Assembly (NCBI RefSeq): GCF_964355755.1 | Contig: NC_092679.1 | Location: 3,254,201-3,318,200, forward strand | DNA length: 64,000 nt | Reading direction: 5' to 3' | Source of the DNA: Antedon mediterranea | Lineage: Eukaryota; Animalia; Echinodermata | In this document: piece after piece, positions 28,501-37,200 of the stretch | Layout: each line of letters opens with the position of its first letter | Position numbering within the stretch: position 1 is the first letter of the stretch | The notes under the pieces: model-generated | What the model was told of the DNA's origin: nothing | Database searches by the model: none | What the model saw: the letters and a program-made list of their open reading frames with translations, nothing else | Made by a program: the position numbers and the translations under genes

Positions 28501-29520
28501 ATATACTATAAAAATGTATTTCTTATTTTATTAAAAAAATCATGAGTCTCCTCTCCTTAATTGCCTAAGTCAGCTGTGTGACTTAGGCAGAAACAAAAAA
28601 AACGATCTGAGCATGTGCAAATGTATATAAAAGCACTCAGAAAATGTACAGAGGGCAGTATAAATGATATAAGCAGTGAGTTAGGTAGATCATAAGTCAG
28701 CTCTCCTTAATTGCCTAAGTCACACAGCTAACTTAGGCAGAAACACAACAAATATAGTATATTGATATAAGCAGTGAGTTAGGCAGATCATAAGTCAGCT
28801 CTCCTTAATTGCCTAAGTCACACAGCTGATTTGGGCAGAAACACAACAAATATAGTATATTGATATAAGCAGTGAGTTAGGCAGAAAAACAAAAACAAAA
28901 TTATGACTTAGACACTTTTGTTATGAGGCTGTCGATATCATTTATATACAAAAAATGCTACCTTTAAGTAACAAAATTTAATAGCATTAGCTCTTCAGAT
29001 TAAAATTAACACTGATGATTTTATAAAAGGAAAGTAGCAATAAAAGAGAAAGAATTTGTAACAAATGGGTTAAAAAATATACTATAAAAATGTATTTCTT
29101 ATTTTATTTAAAAAATCATGAGTCTCCTCTCCTTAATTGCCTAAGTCAGCTGTGTGACTTAGGCAGAAACACAAAAAACGACCTGAGCATGTGCAAATGT
29201 ATATAAAAGCACTCAGATAATGGACAGAGGGCAGTATAATGATATAAGCAGTGAGTTAGGCATATCATAAGTCAGCTCTCCTTAATTGCCTAAGTCACAC
29301 AGCTGACTTAGGCAGAAACACACAAAATATAGTATATTGATATAAACAGTGAGTTCGGCAGATCATAAGTCAGCTCTCCTTAATTGCCTAAGTCACACAG
29401 CTGACTTGGGCAGAAACACAAAAAATATAGTATATTGATATAAGCAGTGAGTTAGGCAGAAAAAAAAAATTATATCTTAGACACTTTGTTATGAGGCTGT
29501 CGATATCATCTATATACAAA
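7579..29520. repeat. Satellite B: ~22-kb tandem array of ~41 monomers in two size classes (~480 and ~575 bp) differing by one 98-bp subrepeat
   Basis: Near-identical monomers, marked by the repeated short ORF starts at 7830, 8392, 9348 ... 27864 (for example exact 480-bp spacing 13182/13662/14142). Each monomer contains 2-3 copies of tgcctaagtca-cacagc-tgacttaggca. Confidence 0.98.
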
Positions 29521-29680
29521 CAAGGCCATATAGATGGCTGCAGTAGCGTGCTCATTAGTTTTTACCGACCGACCGACCAACCTACCAACTGACCGAAATT
29601 ACTGAACATGTTTAAAAATGTTGAAATGTTTAAAAACATTTATATTTTTTTAATTTACACGTGCGTAGCCTGTCACTTTT
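29518..29680. mobile_element. Possible Helentron/HINE-like terminus
   Basis: AACAAG followed by a short hairpin (gccat-atag-atggc) and an (ACCG)n-like microsatellite (29564-29595), leading into the family A repeats. This layout resembles DINE-1/HINE elements. Confidence 0.35.
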
Positions 29681-30412
29681 GGAAAATTTGTCCTTTTTGA
29701 AAAAATCCCTGTAATATATATAGTACAGGGAAATTTTCGAAAAATCGCCAATTTTCCAATTTTTTATTTGTTGACATAAATGGTTACTATAGCATAATAA
29801 ATATGCGCAGAGTCGAATAATGGGTTCAGCGCATGCCAATTGTCCTATAGTAACCAGTTTTATCGAAAAATAAAAAGGTCGAAAATTTGTTCTTTAAAAA
29901 AAAAATCCCTGTAGGCCTACTGTAGTACAGGGAAATTTTCGAAAAATGGCTAATTTTCGACCCCTTTATTTTTTGACATAAATGGTTACTATAGCATAAT
30001 AAACATGCGCAGAGTCGAATAATGCGTTCTGCGCATGTCAATTGTGCAATAGTTACCACATTTGACATAAATGGTTACTATAGCATAATGAACATGCGCA
30101 GAGTCGAATAATGGGTTCTGCGAATGTCCATTGTGCTATAGTAACCAGTTTCATCGAAAAATAAAAAGGTCGAAAATTGACCATTTTTAAAAAAAATCCC
30201 TGTACTATAGTACTTTATAGAAATATAAAGGTCGAAAATTGGCCATTTTTTGAAAAAATCCATGTACTATAGTACAGGGAAATTTTCGAAAAATGGCCGA
30301 TTTTCGACCCTTTTATTTTTTGACATAAATGGTTAATATAGCATAATAAACATGCGCAGAGGCGAATAATGGGTTCTGCGCATGTTTATTATGCTATAGT
30401 AACCATTTATGT
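29680..30412. repeat. Tandem repeat family A, right block, same orientation as the left block, ending in a ~38-bp-arm hairpin
   Basis: Same modules as 5060-7578. The last unit folds back: acataaatggttaatatagcataataaacatgcgcaga ... tctgcgcatgtttattatgctatagtaaccatttatgt. Confidence 0.93.
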
Positions 30413-30422
30413 ATCTGGTTTT

Positions 30423-30900
30423 CAGTTTAAAACCAGATACAGAAACCATACGTCTTCATTCCGGAATGAAAAACTAAGAAATGCAACGGAACTCAGTAAA
30501 TATATATGGACACTTAAAGACTCTAAAACAAATTACTCAATTAAATGGAAAATTATTAAGAAATGCAAACCTTACTCAAATATTAACAAAAGATGTAATT
30601 TATGTATATATGAAAAGTATGTTATTATATGTCAACCAGAGCTATGCTCACTGAACCGTAAGAACGAGTTAGTCTCTACTTGTAGACATAGGAAAAAATT
30701 CTTACTAAATTGCAGATCCAAACAGTTTATCTAAAACAATAGGCTATTGTATACGACTTCCTGATGACTCACTTTTATTAAGCACTATGAGACAACTGTG
30801 TCACTTATGTTTTAAATTTCACCTGAAGAGTGCGGCCAGCTACATACGGTCGTACGAAACAAATTTGTAGTGATTAAAACAATGAAGTAACCAAGTTTTC
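30423..30900 (+). mobile_element. 5'-truncated Penelope-like retroelement: C-terminal half of the GIY-YIG endonuclease (Naiad-like) plus 3' region
   Basis: 30426-30734 encodes [36 protein letters not shown]....[10 protein letters not shown].......[19 protein letters not shown], matching the recalled PLE GIY-YIG C-terminus with CxxC/CxH. A hammerhead ribozyme follows, as is typical of PLEs. Confidence 0.85.
30810..30879 (+). ncRNA. Type I hammerhead ribozyme (PLE-associated)
   Basis: Stem I tcac(30819-22)/gtga(30870-73), extended by ttttaa/ttaaaa. Core CTGAAGA 30823-29. Stem II gtgcggcc/ggtcgtac (8 bp, 2 GU). GAAA 30856-59. Palindromic stem III caaatttg. GUA cleavage triplet at 30867-69. Confidence 0.85.
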
Positions 30901-31259
30901 TGCTGTTATTTTATTTATTTATGCTCTACCTTGGTATTGAGCACTCTATCCAAACGGTCTGAAAATTTCAACCTGAATATATATTTTATATATCTAAGTA
31001 GACTCTGGTTATTTGATTCAAATTGAAGTTTCTGTTGCACATATTTTGAAAGCTTAACAATCATGGTTTTATATGTTTTATTGTGTTCTTTGAAGATCTT
31101 ACTTTGCGATATATACACATAAATTTTAGCCAAGAAGTGTCGGCCTAGTCCATTTTCATTTTTAAAAACTGCCATAAAAGCAGTTAATAATCTATCGAAT
31201 TTAAGTTGTTCCGATTCTGTTTTAAAACGAATAACGGAAAGGAACTGACATGAAGATTG

Positions 31260-34200
31260 TCATACGATTTCAAAGTCTTTACACTGTGGATTATGTTCAT
31301 CGGCATTGAATATTGGTTGTACTGCTATTGATATAATACCATCGGCAAGTTTTGGCAAAAGCTTTCTGAGAAAAAAAAAGATTTCTTAAAATGAATTTTC
31401 TTCTACAACAATGTTAAATGTCCAAATCCTATTGTCTTCATTGTAATCCCAGAAAGTAATTTAATTTAATATTTAAAAGGGTACCTAAAGCTCTGTCTAC
31501 ACTATCAAACTAGTTTGACAAAAAAACTGTGATGTGCACAAATATGGTAGTGATATGCTTAAATATGGTAGTGATATGACATCATCATATCCATATATGT
31601 GCACATCAATTTTTGTTGTCACATAAAGTTTGATAGTGTTAGACGGAGCCTTAGTTTGATGTTAAAGAAAGTTGAAATTAATCTGATTATGATTATTATC
31701 ATTATCTATGTACCTTTATTTTTCTATTTATATAATTATTGTACAGTAATCTCATTGTAATGTTTTTTCTATTTGGTTAATGGCCTCTGTTTAAAGTCTA
31801 TAGACTTATTGTGATCACCATCCACATTTATAAATATTTAAAGATTTATTATTTATTATTTGTGGAAAACTAATAAACAAACAAAGAAACATAAGGTGTA
31901 TAACGTTTCTAACCAACTGGACTTAGTCAGTGGTAGCTCGTTTCAATAAACAAGTCAGTCTTTTTCATATATTATAAACTAAGGGGGGTTCCGGGTTTAC
32001 CATTTATATTTTATTATGTAATATAAACATTTGCCACAGCATTGATGTTAACCCCACTCATATTTTGACAGCGGTGAATCAGAACAATTTAACAAGCAAT
32101 ATAAATTATAAAACCAGGAGCTACCCTTTAAGTTGAAATGAAGACAAAACTGCAAAATTAAAAAAAAAATTACTTAGCACAAGCTGGTGCCCCATTCACT
32201 TCCATCAGCCACACCCTTAGCGTGTCATCCAAAATGAAATCAAAACCAAATAACTGAAAACTGTGGTATGGCAGGTCATGCGTGTCCAAGTTCTATAACA
32301 TAAATAAATATTAAATAAAATCAAAAATAAAATATCGTGCAGAGCGTCACATATTGAAGAGAAATATAATACAAACTAGAATTTAATTCGTCACTTTGAC
32401 GAATTATAGGTGATCATTTTTATCATTTTAATGAAATTAACATTTTTTAAACATGCATGTACGTTAACATGCGATCGTAAAAAGTTGATGTACGCCATCC
32501 TATGACATGATGCATATACACTTATAGTGCTGAGTTGTACCTATTATGTGTCCGAGTGTCATATACAATATGTACAGTATATACTGTATATCTATATACA
32601 GTGTAGCATAGGTGAAATTATGGGACCCACATCATGTTCTAATTTTTTGGAATGATGGAATTATCGTAATAAACTCCAAGATGACAATTTCGAAAGATAA
32701 TGAATTGAGCAAATAAATATACGGATTGGAAGAGAATTTGACACGTAGAAGCGCAATGCGCGCTCTTTGAAATTTGTATAAATTTGACGAAAGAGAGAAA
32801 AAAACTACTTTTTAACTTCAACTGACCATTTCATAATGTCACAACATCCGATAGGCCTAATTTTTATATGAATTCATATCTACATTTCATCAGCTTTTAT
32901 AATAAATTATAATCTTCAAGGTCACCTTTAATTCTGAAGAGCTGTAAGATATTCAAATGTATGGTGTAGCTGAAAATACACGACCTAGGTTATTCAGGTT
33001 TTTACGCATGATGCCGTCATCAAAATGAAAATGTTGACAACTCATGAGAAAGTTAATTAATTGAGCAAGCACATACTAAAATTTGTGCGAAAATTGGGTT
33101 CAAATAACGGAGATGCGCTCTATTGAATGTGATAACCCACACAAAAAGATAAAAATTACTAATTTTTTAATTCAAGTGGCCTTTTGATGACGTCATATCA
33201 TTTTGTACGTCTAATATGTATATACATTTATATCTACAACTCATTTGCTTTCATATTAAGTTAAAAAAATTGGGGGTCATCTTCCATTCTGAAGAATTAT
33301 ATTCATTTTAAAAAGGCCCTACTTTTTACCATTTTTAGCACTTTTGTACAATTAATGTGCGCATTTTGTCATTTTTAACGTGCTCGTATAGCGTTATTTT
33401 AGGTCTAAATGGACTAAAAAACGGTGAATGTACTAAGGATGGTGCGTAAAATGGGATTTATACATCAAATTTTATTTTTTACGCTTTTTAAGTAACGCGC
33501 GTGCAAAAACATGTTTTTGCGCAGTAATTTTTAGGAACACGCAAATGGCCTAATTCATGCCCTAAATAGATCAAAACTCAATTTTGAGCTTTTTAAATTT
33601 TAAATACGCAATTTCACGTGGATGACCTTGTAACACGTAAGTTTTTATTAGATAATGTTTTTACCCTTCACCTGAACTTTACGTATAGTGAATTTTATTG
33701 ATATGTAATAAAGAGTTATCGAGATATGATTGATAGTGTAATTTCACAAAATCGCGTATTAATGACATCACGGTTGAGTGATCACGCTGAAAAGCTTATT
33801 ATGGCTAAGTTAAAGTATTTGAAAGACATTGTGAAATTTTTGTGATCGTTGCCTTTCAACTTTTTGAGATATTTGTTACACAAATTTGTACAGAGAGAAA
33901 TAAATAATAAGAAAGAGAAGAACTAGATTTGAACTCGTCACTTTGACGAGTTCGGGTTATCCGCGCATACGCAACATGCACATACTTTAAACTATATGAA
34001 CCTCGACAATTATTATGCCATCCTATGACATGAAATAAATATGTTTACAGTGCTGAATTGTACCTATTTTGTAGCATACATCATGTTACAGTATTTACAG
34101 AATACACTGTATGTTATATACAGTGTAGCATAGACGGAATTTCGAGACCCATCTTTTAAATCCAATTATTAACACGATGACATCATCAAATTGACATAAA

Positions 34201-37200
34201 AATAACAATTTTAGAAGATAATTATCTAATTAATTACATTAATACAAATTTAAAGAATTTTGGTCACGTAAAAGTGAGATGCGCTCTCATTTAAACGCAA
34301 TGAACTTTTACGCAAGAGGTGAAAATATGACTTTTTGAATTCAACTGGCCATATGATGACGTCACAACATCTGATTGACAAAATATTCACATGAATTCGT
34401 ATCTACAATCCAATAGCTTCAAGAAAACGTTTTAATAATGATTATCACTTATAACTCTGACGAGCTATAACCGATTGAAATTTACTGTAAAGATAAAAAT
34501 AAGTGACCCACGTTATTTACATTTTTAGACATGATGACGTCATAAAAATTAAAATATTTTTAACTCATGCGAGAGATAGTTGATTGACCTAGACAGTATT
34601 AAATTAAAGATTATTATTATTATTTAAAGATGACGTCATAACATCCGAGGGGTAAAGATTCTGCATGAATTCATATCTACAACATATCTGCTTACATATT
34701 AAATTTTAAAAAATGGGGGTAACGGTTGATCCTGAGGAGCTATAATAGATTCAAAGTAGGCATAATTTTGACAATATTTTGTCTTTTTTGCAACTAAAAC
34801 GCACGCAAATTGTCTAAATCAACGTGTTCGTATGACGTCATTTTAATTTGAAATGATGTCAATCTTTTTTAAAATGACTAGGAAAGGCTGGAAAATCATA
34901 ATTCAAGAGAAAAAAACATGATTTTCATGCACCGTGCGCACCATACGCGTAAATTTTTTCGCACGCGCGGGAATTTTTGACATGCTAAAAATGTCATGAT
35001 CAGCGTAGAAAGTTGATTAGAAATTAATTTTGCGCATTTTTAAACTTTAAATGCGCGTGCGCGCGTAACTTCTTGTAAAACATGTCATTTTTAATCCATA
35101 GAAAATTGACCCATGATATGAATTATAATTTTATTAAGTTTCATGAAACAATATTTGTTGGTTCTAAAGTTATGATCAGTTATAGAAATTCTAAAATCGC
35201 GCGTAACTTACGCAACGCGTATCTGACATCGTCCAAAAGCTTGGCTGCACATCTACCCTTCAATGTCAATCTTTTTACCAAGTTATACAAAGTTATGTTC
35301 ACAAGCAATAGAGATATGCTGGTCACAAAATCCGGGAAAGAAAGAATAACAAAGAAGATGAAAAAAAAAGATATTTACAATCACATGGGTTATCCTGCAA
35401 CTAAGTTGCGGATAACCAATAAAGATTTCATACAATAACAATAGGTGATCATTTTATTCTAAATGATCACCTAATTATTAAGCTTTTGTTGAGTTACAAG
35501 TATTTACTGTATATATAGATTTTTGAATGAAAATCAATAGGTGATACTTTTTTTCGAAATATATATTTATACTGGGTAACCTCTTCAGTCAAAGACTGGT
35601 CTCCCAGAGGGCCCAGTTATGATCAGTGGCTGTTATGTACTAATACACCGGGGTAACCCCCCCTACTCGTCTTGAAAGATGTACTAGGTTCTTTAAAGTG
35701 CACATGAGCTAGATGTGTACACTGGTTTATAGTCCTTATCCGAGAAGACTCGTTCTACCACCAGAACCATGGAGTGAGTGAGCCTTGAACCCCTGCCGAT
35801 GTTATGGCTACATAATTACGGTTCCACTGTCTTAACCGCTCGGCCACTCGCTCACTACATATATATACAGTCAACTCTCCCAATACCGGACTTTCTGAAA
35901 ACTGAAAACTCTCCCAAAACCAGACTTTTCTTGAGGTTCACAATGTCTCAAATTCATTTTAGCATTAAAAACTCATTCCGAATACCAGATTTTCCAGAAA
36001 ATCAGACATATTAGGCCAGCCCAAAGGTGAACGGTATTGGGAGAGTTGACTGAATATATACTTATTCGTGGAAAAAATGATACAAATACTGATTGTGAGG
36101 GCCTGTATATTTAGTAACACATTTCCCAATTTATAATTCAACTTACTTACATCTTTGCAAGCCAGTAGGCAGTGTTTTGTAATGTGTCTAATTTGAGGTA
36201 GAATACTGGACTCAAGTGATGTCTTGTGGTACTTACAAAGAAATCTGAAAATAGAAAAAAAATATATAAAAAAGAAAATAGTCACAAGTGGTTTATGAAA
36301 CACAATCAATTGTTCTGGATACTAAGCAAAACATTTCATCATGGGTTAAAAGCTCTGCCTATACTATCAAACTAGTTTGACAAAAAAGTTTGCCCAAATT
36401 TGTTAGTGATATGCTTAAATATGATAGTGATATGACATCATCATGTCCATATATGTGCACATCACATAAAGTTTGATAGTGTAGACAGAGCTTTAGGAAT
36501 GCCAGACATCTGATTTTTGCAACCTACACTTTTGACAGCTAAAATGAAATTATATCTATTTTTGAAAGACTATTATAGTATATGTTAGCTTTCCTGGATG
36601 TTCTCTTCCCAATCTTTCATTTTTTCGATGTAGTAAGTTTAAGTTTAATAAAAAAATTAAAAATAAAAATGCCCTGAATTTAATTACTTGTTGAATTCTT
36701 CATAGAACATTTCGTTCCCTTCTTCATACTTTCCAAAGTTTTCAGAATGTTCTTCCTGTTAAAAAAAATACATATACATTTTTTCTTTTAAAAACAAAAC
36801 TAAACCAATTACAATTGAATTACAATGAATGAAATAAAACTGCTCTTGTTGTGTGGTTTAGGAAGTTTTGACAATGAAGAAAGATCCAGGTGCCTGACAG
36901 AGCCAGCATTTTATATTAGGACTATAATTATCAAGGATTAAAACAGAAATAAGCTAATAAGCTTTTTTGGCTATCCTGGAAAATCTTTTACTTTTATTTG
37001 TAATATCACTAATTTATGTTATCACTTTGTATGTATTTTTTTGATGATTTTCCAAAAAAAATCATCAAAGTTAAACAGTACTGTACTACCTGTATGCAGT
37101 GGTTAGTAATATGGCTAACTGTATCTGTGACATCGTCAAAATTGTAACTATCAGAAGAAGTCCTCAACACGCCTTCTTTGAACAAATGAATTGTGTAAGT

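Noticed and set aside
7579-29520. CRISPR-like array (palindromic repeats at intervals)
   Set aside because: The sequences between palindromes are repeated, not unique spacers. The context is eukaryotic and no cas genes are present.
30761-30800. Second hammerhead core CTGATGA-ctca...tgag upstream of the accepted one
   Set aside because: There is no GAAA after the putative stem II and no stem I or III.
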